From positions 6,944,001 to 7,008,000 of the forward strand of contig NC_135667.1 in NCBI RefSeq assembly GCF_964188315.1: DNA of 64,000 bases, given 5' to 3'. The notes beneath the pieces are model-generated. The model was not told the DNA's origin. It did no database searches and was given only the letters and a program-made list of their open reading frames with translations. A program made the position numbers and the translations under genes. This document shows positions 12,020-23,899 of this stretch, in pieces; the stretch's first letter is position 1; the number at the start of each line of letters is the position of its first letter. The DNA comes from Podarcis muralis. Its lineage: Eukaryota.

Positions 12020-12900
12020 CTCCAGGATTCCCTTCGCTCTGATGTGTCATGGAGGTGTTCCTGGGTGGGGCAGGTGGGGCAGAGCCCCCTTCACCCCCCC
12101 CCCCACTTGCCAGAGGTTTTTCTCCTGTCTCCCAGGGACACCCGTGTCACTTTGTTTCGGAAGGAAATCCCAGCCGGCTTTCCATGGCTACTGCAGGAGA
12201 TTTGCATCTCACTCCGCGGTTTAGACGGGCAGGAAAATACCTGCGATAATACGCTGGGTAACCATGGCAAAGTAAACAGAGTGGGAATCCCAAGAACGGG
12301 AATGCTATGGATGTGAATTATGGGGCACTGGGGGATAGTGAGCTCTCCTTTTCCCTGGGCCCAAGCAGCCTCCGATTCCACCTTCCAAAATCTCAATCCC
12401 AGAAGTCAAAATTCCATCTGAGAATATGTACAGTAACCAACACAGGCAAGGCCTCTTTGAGCATGTGCAGAGGGCCACCACCCCATCACTGTGTAGCTGC
12501 AACTCACACACAAAGGGAGGAAGTACCAGGAAGGTTCTCACACCTTTTCTTGACTGGAAAATGTTGGCACTAATACGGGGGAGTTTGGTGTTTGTAATAT
12601 CCAACTCACCAGATAAGCCACACGGACCTTGGGAGGTAGCATTGCCCAGTGGTTACAGAGCGGGATACCATCTCCCGCCGCCCTGGCTGGACTTCTGAGC
12701 CTGGATCTTGTGTGCAGCAGGAGGAAATGCAACAGGTGATGTGTTTTCTTTCCTGTGTGTTGTCTTGCATCACCTGTGACATCTCTGTCTGTTTGACAGC
12801 TGCTCCCTGCACCAGAATCTTGCCCTAATCAAAGCTGAGTGACATTGAAACCTGGCAAATTCACGGCACAAGCTGGTTCTCTGTGCCCTTGGGTGGTGGC
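12020..12900 (+). pseudogene. ITPRIPL2-like (Mab-21 family) fragment 1
   Basis: Frameshifted motifs PEVFLLSPR (~PPLVALEPR) and QPAFHGYC (~APAFRGCF); stops in every frame. Confidence 0.5.
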
Positions 12901-13207
12901 AAGTATGATGACATCACGCGGCAGGCACCATGACATCATCGTTGCAGGTAGCAGTGTGGCTCCATTAAGCCTTAAGTATATTCCCAAAGGAAAAGTAGTG
13001 TAACAGCGTCATTCGGGAATCATGCAAAAAATCTAAGGCAGGAGCAGTCAGCACACTTTGGCGAGAGAGGAAAGCGGAGGGAGAGGAAAATATATTCCTC
13101 AGGATAAGTCTGGGGCTCTCACGGAAAGGCCATCGACGTATCAGCCGCAGGGAATCACAGAATCGTAGAAGGGCTGAGTTGGAAGGGACCCAGTGGATCA
13201 TCGAGCC

Positions 13208-14256
13208 CAGGGGTCCTCAAACTATGGTCTGAGGGCTGCATCCGGCCCACAAGGGCCCTGAACCCGGCCCTCTAACACAGCCTTTCTCAACCTGTGGGTC
13301 CCCAGATGTTGTTGAACTACAACTCCCATCACCCCTAGCTAGCAAGGCCAGAGCTCAGGGATGATGGGAGTTGTAGTCCAACAACATCTGGGGACCCACA
13401 AGTTGAGAACCGCTGCTAACGGGTCTACGCGTGTTTCCATCCTCCCTCCCCACACTGCGTGGAGGAGACTAGAGGATGGAGGCAGAAAGGAAAGGAAAGG
13501 AAGGATGAAGCCAGTCAGCGATGTCACAGGCGCCGTCGCGAGGAGCCCTTCTCTGCCGTTCGGAGAAGGAAGAGAGGCAGCTGCGAGGCCTGAGATCAAA
13601 AGGCGCACCCACGTTCACCCACCCGTTCTTTTGCCTCAGAGGAGCACTTGGCTGGGCTTGTGGTGGCCGCACTCCCAGGGTGAGGGAGACTGGGGGCGCC
13701 TAGCCTAGCCTGTGCTGGGAGGGACAGCTTTTACTTTTACCTCAGTCGAGGCTACATTCTCATTTCTCTCTCTTTTTTCCTCTCTCTCTCTCTGTGCAGC
13801 GGTTTATTAGTATTTTGCAAAGTAGCAAACCAGATGACTGAATATCGCAAGAAATCAAACAAGGTTATACTCAAGCATAGACAATTTTCTCCTCATTGAC
13901 ATTGTGAGGTATTTCCCCCTTCTTCATGCAGCTGAGAAAGACCAGGGGAGACTCTTTGGTCATCTTGCACCACTTGCTACGACTAGCAGTGACAAATATG
14001 GAACCGGATATTGACCATCTCATTAGCCAAAAGCAGGCCCATACTCCCCATTGAAATACTTCTAAGTTTATGTTGATTCAAACCGTTCTCCGTTTTAAAT
14101 ATTGTATTGTTTTTCCTGTTTTTGGTGCACCACAAATAAAATATGTGCAGTGTGCATAGGAATTCGTTCATATTTTTTTCAAACTGTAGTCCGGCCCCCA
14201 ACGGTGTCTGAGGGACAGTGAACTGGCCCCCTGTTTAAAAAGTTTGAGGACCCCTG
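13208..14256. mobile_element. hAT-Charlie (URR1/OC1-like) non-autonomous element, arm A only
   Basis: TIR caggggtcctcaaact/agtttgaggacccctg; 8-bp TSD atcgagcc/atctagcc; empty site in arm B near 31995. Confidence 0.9.
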
Positions 14257-14573
14257 ATCTAGCCCAACCGCCCGCAAAGGGAGGGGGAATCCTGTTTCCT
14301 CTGGATGAAGAAGGCAAGACACATTCTGCTTTCTTTGGAATGTTTTATTGAATTTAAAAAAAAAAAAAAAGGCAAGATGGTTAAGTTTCTTTGAGACAGC
14401 AGACAAGAGACAGCGGATTTTAGTGCAAGCGTACAAATAGTTGAGAAATGATCCTGACCTATAAATGTGGGCATTGCTGGCTATAGGGATGAGCAGAGGG
14501 TCACAAGCCAGGATAGGGGATGGCAAGGCTTATCAGGGGATATTCTTCTGTAACAAATTGCTCCTGCAACAAT

Positions 14574-14828
14574 GAGAGCCAGTGTGGTGTAGTGGTTAAG
14601 AGCGGTAGTCTTGTAATCTGGGGAACCCGGTTCGCATCTCTGCTCCTCCACCTGCAGCTGCTGGGCGACCTTGGGCTGGTCACACTTCTCTGAAGTCTCT
14701 CAGCCCCACTCACCTCACAGAGTGTTTGTTGTGGGGGAGGAAGGGAAAAGGAGATTGTGAGCCGCTTTGAGACTCCTGAAGGGGAGTGAAAGGCGGGATA
14801 TAAAATCCAAACTCTCCTTCTTCTTCTT
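14574..14828 (+). mobile_element. tRNA-derived SINE, arm A only
   Basis: A/B-box head ccagtgtggtgtagtggttaagagc; absent at the mirror site near 31675; sibling at 22346-22595. Confidence 0.75.
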
Positions 14829-15629
14829 CATGCACAAACATTTCTCCCGTGGCCATTTCCTTTGCCTCTCGCTAACTTTACTCTCTAATGTCACTTAGAG
14901 TTGCCAGCTTTTTCTGTGGACCCAGCTCCCTATGTCTTTAGAAGTATCCGGCCAGATGTAGCGATATTTAGTGGGTGGCCAACTTTTTTCCTTGCGAATG
15001 CTCCTCTACTTCTAATAGAAAATTCACAGCTAAGCACACATTAGAAGGCAGAGGAGCGTTTGCAAGAGAAAAAGTTGACTCCCAACTTTAGGCAGAGTGG
15101 GCAAACTGCAGTAAGAGAGAGAAAAGGATTTACATAATCTGTTTTTATCGGTAATAGAATCCAATAGCCCCCAATTGATATATTTGAGTGTGTTAGAACA
15201 AGCCCTTTCGCTTTCTCCCAGCATGGTCTACACTACAAAGCCCAACCATCTCTAGGATACGCCGTCCTGACAGCCCCCCAAAGGGCCCAGAGGGGGCTGG
15301 GATTCTGCAACAGCACAAGAAACGCCATCCCCGATCCCTGTTCCTTATTGATGCTCTTCCAGCTGGTCCTCAGCGACCTTTGGGGGAAGCCAAAGATTTG
15401 AATCCGATTTCAACCGGTCAGTTGAGGGAGCTTTTCCTTTTCACTGCAATTAATTCTGAAGTTAGAATTGAGCAAAGAGACAGTGAGGTTCTGGTGTACC
15501 CAGGTCCTGTGGGTGGACATGCGTGGGGCAGCCTGTGAGGGAAATGGACTCTGCACATGTTCAGAGGCTCCCTCCCTCTGAATCCCTTCCACGGTTTTGC
15601 TCTGGGGATCCCCTTCCCGCTTCGAAGCC

Positions 15630-15897
15630 TCACGGTACGGCCACACAGGTGCAGGCCACAGGCAAAGGATATTTCTGCCGCTCAAGGTAGAAGGACTTGT
15701 TGACATTCGCACAAGGCTTCCGATAGTAGACGGTCGTGTCGGCAAAGATTTGGACAGACACCCCGTTTCCCTCCTTATGGACGAAGCTCTTTTGGGTGGC
15801 ATTTTCCACAGGGTGCCTCAAGGAGACGCAGGAATCTTGGCAGATACACTGAGCTTTCCAGAGGAGTCGAGGGTAGCGGGAGTCCTGGATGTCTTCC
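15630..15897 (-). CDS. IL25: IL25 copy A, coding exon 3 (EDIQDSRYPRLLWKAQCICQDSCVSL...TTVYYRKPC...YLER...VACTCVAVP*)
   Basis: IL-17 cystine-knot motifs matching human IL25 ARCLCPHCVSL, TVFYRRPC, CLERRLYRVSLACVCV; 268 bp; spliced CDS 528 nt = 175 aa, no internal stop. Confidence 0.93.
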
Positions 15898-16540
15898 CTG
15901 GGGGAGGCAAGAGAAAGGACAGGTCTGTCTTTGAGCCATTATGACTGGATGGTGGTCTGATGGGGGAAGGCACTGGGATGCTGGTTGTGGAGTGAAAGGG
16001 AAAATAAAATAAAATAAAATAAAATGTGTGGGATGAGGAGCTTTGGAGGACTAATTCTGGGTTAGATTATCCTTCCCCAACCTGGTGCCCTCCAGATATC
16101 TTGGAAAGGAACTCCAGTCACCCCTGACACTGGTCTGACTGGAAGGGACCCTGAGGAGCAACCAGTCCCTGCAAGGCAGGAATATGCAGTTGTCCTATTC
16201 AGAGATCGAAGCTGCAGCCTCGGCCCCCTCAGCCCCCTGCTCTAACCAGCTGAGCTCTCTGGGAAATCTAGAGGGCATTGTTGGTGGTGCCTGGCAGGGC
16301 CAAAGGGTTGTCTCTTTATTTCCAGTCGGTGGTGCAGCAATAAAAGTGCAAGCAGATTTGGAAAGCTAAGCAGGGTCCGGTATGGTTTCAGATTGGATGG
16401 GAGACCACACTTGGAGATTCCTGCATTGCAGGGAGGGGGTGGACTAGAGGACCCTGGGGGTCCCTTCCAACTCTACAATTCTATGAAAATGGGACGGATG
16501 AGGGGGCAGAGGAATAAAAGGTACGATTCTTCTCTCTTAC

Positions 16541-16782
16541 ACATATCGCCAAGGAGAACTGGAGGCCATGTTCTTTACACCAGGAATCGAGCGGCAGTCG
16601 TCAGAGGAAGACACAGACCGGGAGGAACGGGCAGACTGGGTGGACTGGGAGGAATGGGAGGAATGGGCGGTGAGCTTCTTCACGACTTCATTGAGTGTCG
16701 TCTCTTCACAACAGTTCAAGGAGGACATGCATTGGAAGGCCTGGCTGGCCACAAACGTCGAGAGCAGGAAGCACATCGCAGC
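16541..16782 (-). CDS. IL25: IL25 copy A, coding exon 2 (AAMCFLL...LNCCEE...SSSPWRY)
   Basis: ttctag| acceptor; CC motif and SPWRY as in human IL25 (SCC..., ISPWRYE); phase-2 |gtaaga donor; 242 bp. Confidence 0.9.
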
Positions 16783-16786
16783 CTAG

Positions 16787-16848
16787 AAGAAGGAAGGAAG
16801 GAAGGAAGGAAGGAAGGAAGGAAGGAAGGAAGGAAGGAAGGAAGGAAA
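16787..16848. repeat. (GGAA)n microsatellite, about 15 units
   Basis: Read directly; abuts the IL25-A exon 2 acceptor. Confidence 0.95.
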
Positions 16849-16988
16849 GGCAAGAGGGGGCAGCGGTCACAACTGGTCATGGTGGAACAGCCCAAACAGG
16901 ACTGTTCAAAGCATTCATTTGCCTTACAGAGAAATCTAGTAGCTCATTTCCCACTCCCTTTTCCTCGCAGCCTTCCTAAGTTGGAGTA

Positions 16989-17206
16989 CAGTGGTACCTC
17001 GGGTTAAGAACTTAATTCGTTCCAGAGGTCCGTTCTTAACCTGAAACTGTTCTTAACCTGAAGCACCACTTTAGCTAATGGGGCCTCCTGCTGCTGCTGG
17101 AGCAAGATTTCTGTTCCCATCCTGAAGCAAAGTTCTTAACCCAAGGTACTATTTCTGGGTTAGCGGAGTCTGTAACCTGAAGCGTATGTAACCTGAGGTA
17201 CCACTG
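16989..17206. mobile_element. Tigger/mariner-like MITE in IL25-A intron 1
   Basis: TIR cagtggtacctc with TA flanks; also present at the mirror site in arm B, so it predates the duplication. Confidence 0.85.
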
Positions 17207-18408
17207 TATTCTATTCCCAGAATGACGTGGGCAGGGATCTCTCCAAAAACCTGCCTGCAAAATTGGCAGAATCAAGTGGTACAGCCTTTCCTGGACTGTG
17301 TCATTTCAACCATTTTTGTAAAATAAAATAATTTTAAACACTTACCATATATGCTCTAATGATAAGTATATTATATAGTAAATGATATATTTTATATATA
17401 GCAATGCAATATATCTATACAGATATAGATACACACTTAAAATTTAAGCTGTGTTTTATGTGCATTCCCCCCCACACACCACTTGGAGCTCTTTGACGAA
17501 GCTGCTTGTCAATCTTGCTAAGTAAATGGATGAGGAAACTTGGAATCCTCCCCGTCAGAGGGATGGAAGGAAGAAGGCAACAGCTGCAACTTCCTTGCAC
17601 ATCAAAATCTAGCATACCAGGAACAAGGCTGGCTTAGTCCCATTTCCCTGACATGCTTCTTTTTTTACATTTCGGGTGCTCACCCCTTAGTGTGGGGGGG
17701 GGGGGATTCAGACTCACAGCCCAGCCATTCGTCCCCCAGTTGGAAATCTCATGTGCCAAAGTCAGGACAATGCTTGCCCTTCGGACAAAGTGGCCTTTGC
17801 TCTCCCCCCTCTTTTTCTTGCTCACCTCAATGAGCCAGGGAGCAAAGTGGGGCAGCCCCACACAGTCGCTAGACCGAGTGAACGGAGGGTGGAAATTCAT
17901 TCCCGTCTCCAAAATACAGGGATCAATATGGCTGCCGTGTCCCTAGTCCCACCTCACGCCTACCAAGTTTCCAGACGGACAGAAATTAAACAGATGAGGA
18001 GTCAATGAATAATACAGAGCACAACGAAGGATCAATAATCAAATTCCATTTAGATCGGGTGGGGGAGACCCAGTTCGTGCGGCTAGACTACAACACCCAT
18101 CATCCCTGACCACTGGTCCTGCTTCCTAGGGATGATGGGAGTTGTAGTCCAACAACACTGGAGACCCAAGTTTGAGAAACACTAGACTGGGAGTCATCGC
18201 AGAAAGGAAACTTGAGAAAGGTGGGCAAGATGATAAATCAAGGGGTTGCCCTCCGGTTATATTTACAGCTACAGTCAACAGCACAATTCATAGCCCCCCC
18301 CCCCCCAACATCCCTTGGAACAGCAGCAGAACCCAAAGGGCCTCGCTATGGACCCTGCTCCAGCCTCCCCCCTTCCCTCCGTGTAAGGAGCAGGATTGGT
18401 GCACTTAC

Positions 18409-18426
18409 CAGCTGAGTCTTCTCCAT
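18409..18426 (-). CDS. IL25: IL25 copy A, coding exon 1 (MEKTQL)
   Basis: ATG GAG AAG ACT CAG CTG|gtaagt, phase 0; analogous to the mammalian MYQ micro-exon; joins AAMCFLLSTFVASQA to form a signal peptide. Confidence 0.75.
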
Positions 18427-18784
18427 GTCAGATCTCTGGGAGCAGGACCTCGTAGACGGCTCAGGGAACTGCTGTCACTCCCAGCCTCGGGATCCCTATT
18501 TTATCGCCTGCAAGATTCCATTCATTTATTCCATGCAAATTTTGGAATAATAAAAAAAGAACTGAGCGCCTATTTCCTGAACGTATAATCAATGTCTCTT
18601 TTGTGTACCTTATGCTGGATGGGTAATAGAAGGAGCCCCCCAGGATCAAGGGACTCAGGCCCAGTGAGATATTAGCACCTGAGAAAATTGAATTTGCCTG
18701 CCTGCCTTCCTTTCTTCCTTTCTTCCTTCCAAGATGGGATCAGCTTTTAAATAGCAAGACTTTCCCACCTATTCATAACTTGCT

Positions 18785-21050
18785 TTGACTTTTTACAGAT
18801 TAAATCTTCTGGTCCAGACATTTGACCCACAAGCACCCAGGAGTTTTTGCCATGAACTAGATAAGGATGGAGAAATTCTCGCTTGGAGCATCATCTCTAG
18901 AACAAACGCACCTTGCACTTTCTCTGAGAAGATCAGAGGAGCCGTCTTGGATCAGGACCGATTGCCCAGCGTCCGTCTGTTGTGCTCAGGTCCTGTTTTC
19001 CTGCTTCCCTCTGGGGCATCTGACTGCCCAGTGTGAGAACAGGATGCTGCAGCCAACATGCTATTGGCCTCATCCAGATGGACTTGTCTTATTGAACTCT
19101 GAATCCAGAGTCCTTCTCCTGAGAGTGGACACTACCACAGGAGATCCCAAAATAAGCCATAAGAGTGTGAGATCTCCTCTGCCGGCTCCTCCCTGCTACC
19201 TGGTATTCAGAAAAGATAGACTGCCCCTGACCATGGAGGTTCTCTCTGGTGCTCCACAGCTTGCTGCAAGGCTCTCCCTCAAAGGGCTGTTGCACTAGCA
19301 CTGAGCAATGGGGGCTGAGAACGTTTAATGCCCCCTCTCTTCTTGGAAGCGCATGGAGTCATGGACTGGGGAATAGCTTCATGGGTCAAGAGCGAGCCAG
19401 CAGTAGATCACAGCCTGCACGTTGCAGTTCACTCTTCATTAGCAAAACTATGCTCTGCAGAGGGGGGTCAGGCCTCGTGAGCACAGCGACTCCTCTCTGG
19501 CAGGTCTTGCCTCCATGAAGCAGTGCTGAGACTGAGGGCTCCTGCCTCCCCACAGCTGCCCCTCCTCTCCAGTGTTGCCTCCAAGCAATCAGAGACTGCA
19601 CCAGCGTGAAGCCAACCTCTGCTCCGCCCTTTTCATGCCTCTGCCGGCTCCTGGAGACCAGGTGGAGTTTGTTGCAGGAGGCGGAGGAGACATCCAGGAC
19701 TCTGTACCAGTCTGACCCCTCTCTGCCTCTTGGCCTCCCTCCTCTCCTGCTTCAGTTTCTGCCAGACTCTCCCCACTCGCTAAACCCTGTTGCCTCTTCC
19801 GTCCCTGACACCTCCCCCCCCCCCCGTCTTCTCCCTCTGACCACCTGATCCTCAGGCTCTGAGCCGTCTTGCCTTGGGGGTCCCCTGGCTGGTCCCTCCC
19901 ACCATTCCTCTGGGGCCACCAGTCCATGACAATGGGGCTGGCCCCCCACCTGGGCCAGAGGAGGATGCCCTGCAACCTGGAAATGTGTGGCTAGCCTTGA
20001 CCTTCACCCAGGCCCTCTGGGTCCCTGGCATCTCAGTTCCCAGGGGTGGCAGCACACCAGCCAGACCCCACGGCCTCCAGAAAGATCTAGATGCTGAGCT
20101 CAGGACCTGAGCTGCCCCCCGTCCACCTGCTCGGTCCAGAGTCCACCCCCCTCCTGGTTCTGGCAGAGAGCCCAGGCCGTGTGGTCCAGGTGTGGTCCTG
20201 GCGGAGGGATGTCCCCTGAGGCATGCAGTTTGATGTGTGGGCAGCCATGTTGATCTTTGGCCTGGGCTCTCCTGGTGGTTATGAAAATTCGGAAAGCTCT
20301 TTTGTTTTTCTAGGATTCCCTCCGCCAAAGGTGCTTCTCATAAAGCTGCTGGCCCTTCCCTGAAAGATAAGGCGGCTGTGCCTGAGTCACTCAGTCAAAT
20401 GAGGAGCTGTGGCAGGGAGGGTTGACCCCCGTGAGACACCATCACTGCACATGACCCCAAAGTGGCTACAATCAGGGGGTACCATCTTTCTACACCACAG
20501 CTGAACCCCAGGACCTCCCATTTCTGATCTCCAGGGCTCAGCGGCGACTCCTTTTTTCCTCTGCCCTCAGTGAGGCTTTTCCTCTACTGCCTTTCTCCTT
20601 TGCTCAAAGCCACGAGAGGCTGCAAAACACAGAGGAACCTTCCTCAGTCAGAAGAGGCTGCATCGCTCGTTGCATATTAAAATGCCGTCATGTTGGAAAC
20701 GTATAGAAATATTAGTAAATTTCCGTGGTGTGCAGGAATCGTGAATGGCTTGGCGGCAGCAGAAGGACAGAGAGCGTGCAGACATCCAGGCCCTGCAGGG
20801 ATAGCGTGCAATGTTGGAAACACCCCCTCCCCGACACTTCTGGGGCCCAGCAAGTGGGGCTCACACAGGAGGGATGCAGGAGAAGGGTTCAGCTATTCTG
20901 GAGGACCAGGAACGCCATCAGGGACACAGCGCAACATCCCTGCCACGCGAGGGCGAAAGCATCTTACAAGGGAAGCAGATCTGCTGGGAGAAACACAGTA
21001 AGAGGGAACTGGGGGAGGGGGGGGTTAAGCCCCGGGAACCAGAGAGGGCT
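18785..21050 (+). pseudogene. ITPRIPL2-like pseudogene 2, most complete copy, interrupted by an LTR
   Basis: Ordered motifs FYRLNLLV, AVALAL, LLGSAW, ELPPVHLLGPES, ETPSLHMTPK, RCILKCRH, GLAAAEGQ, CRRRVQLFWRT parallel human ITPRIPL2 HYTLNLRV, ALALAF, QVGSAY, RLPPLVALEPRS, QPPTLHILPC, ACYLKCLQ, GLDSAAATQ, CLEELVQFLRD; many stops and frameshifts. Confidence 0.65.
19357..19931. mobile_element. Solo-LTR-like insertion (Gypsy-like) inside ITPRIPL2-like pseudogene 2
   Basis: 13-bp inverted termini (a/t)gtcatggactgg / ccagtccatgaca; 4-bp TSD atgg; purine-biased interior similar to 23283-23895. Confidence 0.7.
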
Positions 21051-21429
21051 TCTAAAAGGCAAAGCTGGCTTTCAGGGGGAGGGCGGGTTGTCTGCCAATG
21101 ACAACGATGTTGCTTCTTGCTCTGCTAATGCACAGAGCCATTTCCTTTGTTCCCTTGAGGATCTGTACTTAGGCTATTTCCTCACCTGGAAGGTAGCCTG
21201 GCTATTCCGGGAATTGAACCTGTGCAGGACCCTGGAATTAGCAGAAGGTTCAGGCACACAGCCTACCCCTGCCCTGCCCAAACTCACAATAATACGTACT
21301 GCCCAGTCCCCTGTCTCTCTGCCTCCTCCTCACCACCCCATAATTCCTCTCTGTCCAGCCCTCATTCAAATTATGTCCTAGTCGAAGCTGGAGGAAAATA
21401 TTTACGTTAACAACCACACGACCCATTTT

Positions 21430-22300
21430 TTAGTGTCACCAAGGCATTTCTGCAGAAAGGGTGGATCAGGTGAGGGGGAGACCTTTCCCCCAGGTACACC
21501 TACTTGCCAGAGGTTTCCCTCCTGTCTCCCAGGGACACCTGTCTCGCTTTGTTTCGGAGATAAATCCCAGCTGGCTTTCCATGGCTATTGCAGGAGATTT
21601 GCATCCCTGAGGTTTTGACCGGCAGGAAAATGCCTGCGATAATACGATGGGTAACCATGGCAAAGTAAACAGAGTGGGAATCCCAAGAAGAGGGATATCA
21701 GGGATGGGTGGATCACGGGGAATGAAGCTGGGGGAGCAGTGATCTCTAATTCTCTTCGGGTTTAAGCATCCTCAAGTCTCACCCCCCCGGATCTCTGTAA
21801 ATCTCCGCCCTGGAATGTGTGCATCAATACCCGAGGTAAGGCCTCAATGGACATGTGCAGAGTGCCACCCCCTTCACTCATAACCCCCCCCCCCCCAAAA
21901 TGAAGGTTTTTCCAGGAAGGATCTGATGCCCTTCCTTACTTTGCATGCACAACCACTGATTCTGGAGAACTCGGGGTGAGAATGACCCAAATCAGCCCCC
22001 GGCTCCGTGGCACTGAGGTTTCCCAAAGATGCCGCCTGTACCTCGAGGGTTAGAGAGCAGGGTAACACCTTTCCCCCTTTGCCAGGCCTCTGCCACTCGA
22101 TCTGCTCAGCAGCAGGCAGAAATCCAACAGGTAATTTGCTTTTTGGCACAGATAGGATGCCCAGAACAGCTGCCCTGCAGAAATATCGTAAGAAATGGTG
22201 TTCAGCAAGGCAGTGGCAGCCAAACACTTCACCTGTTGAATTTCTTCCTGCTCACAGTTGACCGGGGCACAAAGGCCTTGAAACGGGTTTGTGTGTGGAA
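21430..22300 (+). pseudogene. ITPRIPL2-like fragment 3 (in spacer)
   Basis: Diverged DNA paralog of 12100-12900; QLAFHGYC and SQTLHLL motifs. Confidence 0.5.
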
Positions 22301-22345
22301 TGTGGTGCCACGCTCTCTTGCCACTAGGCCAGGCTATTCCTTTAG

Positions 22346-22595
22346 GGAGCCAGTGTGGTGTACTGGTTAAGAGCAGTAGACTCCTAATCTGGGGAACCGG
22401 GTTCACGTCTCCGCTCCTCCACGTGCAGCTGCTGGGTGACCTTGGGCCAGTCACACTTCTTTGAAGTCTCTCAGCCCCACTCACCTCACAGAGTGTTTGT
22501 TGGGGGGGAGGAAGGGAAAGGAGATTGTTAGCCGCTTTGAGACTCCTTCGGGTAGTGATAAAGCGGGACATCAAATCCAAACTCTTCTTCTTCTT
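22346..22595 (+). mobile_element. tRNA-derived SINE
   Basis: Same family as 14574-14828. Confidence 0.75.
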
Positions 22596-23282
22596 AGGTA
22601 TCTTCGGCTGTGGGAGCACACACTTGGCAATGCCAAGCCTGGAGTTGTTTTCCAAAATCGGTGGTTATATTTGAAATGTAGGTATAGGTATAGAATCCTT
22701 CCTGGAGCTGCCGACCCTTGTTTGTGGGTCATGTGACTACTCAGTGCTGTGGGGTGTGTGTGTGTGGTTCACTGCACATGCTCTTGAAGACTCTGCCTGT
22801 GTCACAACTGTACATATTATAAGGATGGACATTTGACTTCGAAACAGATTCCTGTGGTGGGGTTTGGTAGGTTGAACCAAGAGGCTGTTGAGACCCAGAG
22901 AAAATGAGAACATACCTTCCAAGCGCCCCCCCCCCCCACAAAAAACAGGACAACTTGTTTTTTCGTGCCACATCTCGGTGGGGAAGACTGCTTCTGGGGG
23001 TTCAAGTATGGAGGCTCATCTCAGATTCCCAATCGGCCAGAATTTACTCACGGATGCATTATAGGATAGCCCAAGAGTCTGTGAGACAAACACTATAGGC
23101 AAACATATGTCATCTTATGGCTCATTTATGCCCCTCTGCTTTGCCCCAAGGAAAAGCGCTCTTCAGCACTCAATCAGAGCAAACAGTAATTTGGGTTTTG
23201 TCCGAATTGACGTTTGCTCCGAATTAGCACTAAAGAGTGGATTTTCCCTGGGAAAGGAGCGGGACAAGGGCGAAAGCAGAAG

Positions 23283-23895
23283 TGTAGGTAGCTGAGCCCT
23301 TAGCTGTTCAGCTTCTACCCAAAATCATGGAGCGGTGGCAGGGACCGGCTGCAGGAACCCCCAGGGGAAGGCAGAGCCAGGGGGTTGACGGTGTTGGGAT
23401 GACGATGAGCGGCCAGAGGGCGAAGAGGGAGCAGACTGGGAGGAAGAGGTAACAACAGGGTTTCGTGAGCAGGAAGAGTCGGTGGCAGAAAGCAGTCCAG
23501 AAAGAGAAGAGGAGGCTGGAGAGGAGCAAGGCCCAAGAGGCAGAGATGCTGAAGGAACCAGGGCGACCAGCTCCCCTCCCTCCTGGTCTCCCAGAACCAG
23601 GAGAGACATGAAGAGGGCGAAGCAGAGCCAGACCCCTTGAAGGAGTCTCAGATTGCTTGGGAAGGACTCAGGAGAGGAGGAGGGAAGGCGGAGACTTTCA
23701 GCCCTTGCAACTGCATCATTGGGGCAAGATCTACTGGGAAGAGAAGCTGAGCTCACCAGGCCTGGCCTCCTGAGATTTTTATTTCTTCGAATAAAGAGTT
23801 CACTAAGGCCATGTGTGTTACCCCTGACCTGCTTCTGGCACCCAAACACCCCAGCACCTCACCATCTCTCCGCCGGCCACGACCCATGAGGTACA
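23283..23895 (+). mobile_element. LTR-like element in the spacer
   Basis: TG...CA ends, internal AATAAA, purine-rich body; no TSD found. Confidence 0.45.
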
Positions 23896-23899
23896 GTTT

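Larger units (their letters stand above)
12009..21131 (+). repeat. Inverted segmental duplication, arm A
   Basis: Collinear reverse-complement match to 25989-33637 across coding and non-coding sequence, apart from arm-specific insertions and deletions. Confidence 0.93.

Noticed and set aside
16568-16786. Acidic plus-strand ORF (MFFTPGIERQSSEEDT...) and its mirror at 29709-29936
   Set aside because: Antisense shadow of IL25 exon 2.
18409-18678. 270-nt block as an Ig, MHC or IRF exon
   Set aside because: Stops in all frames in both copies; its 3' end is better explained as the IL25 MEKTQL micro-CDS.
18785-22300. V2R, IRF, NLR-LRR, hepadnavirus or Gypsy pol origin for the degraded ORFs
   Set aside because: Only isolated 4-6 aa resemblances in inconsistent order and spacing; ITPRIPL2 gives many collinear motifs.
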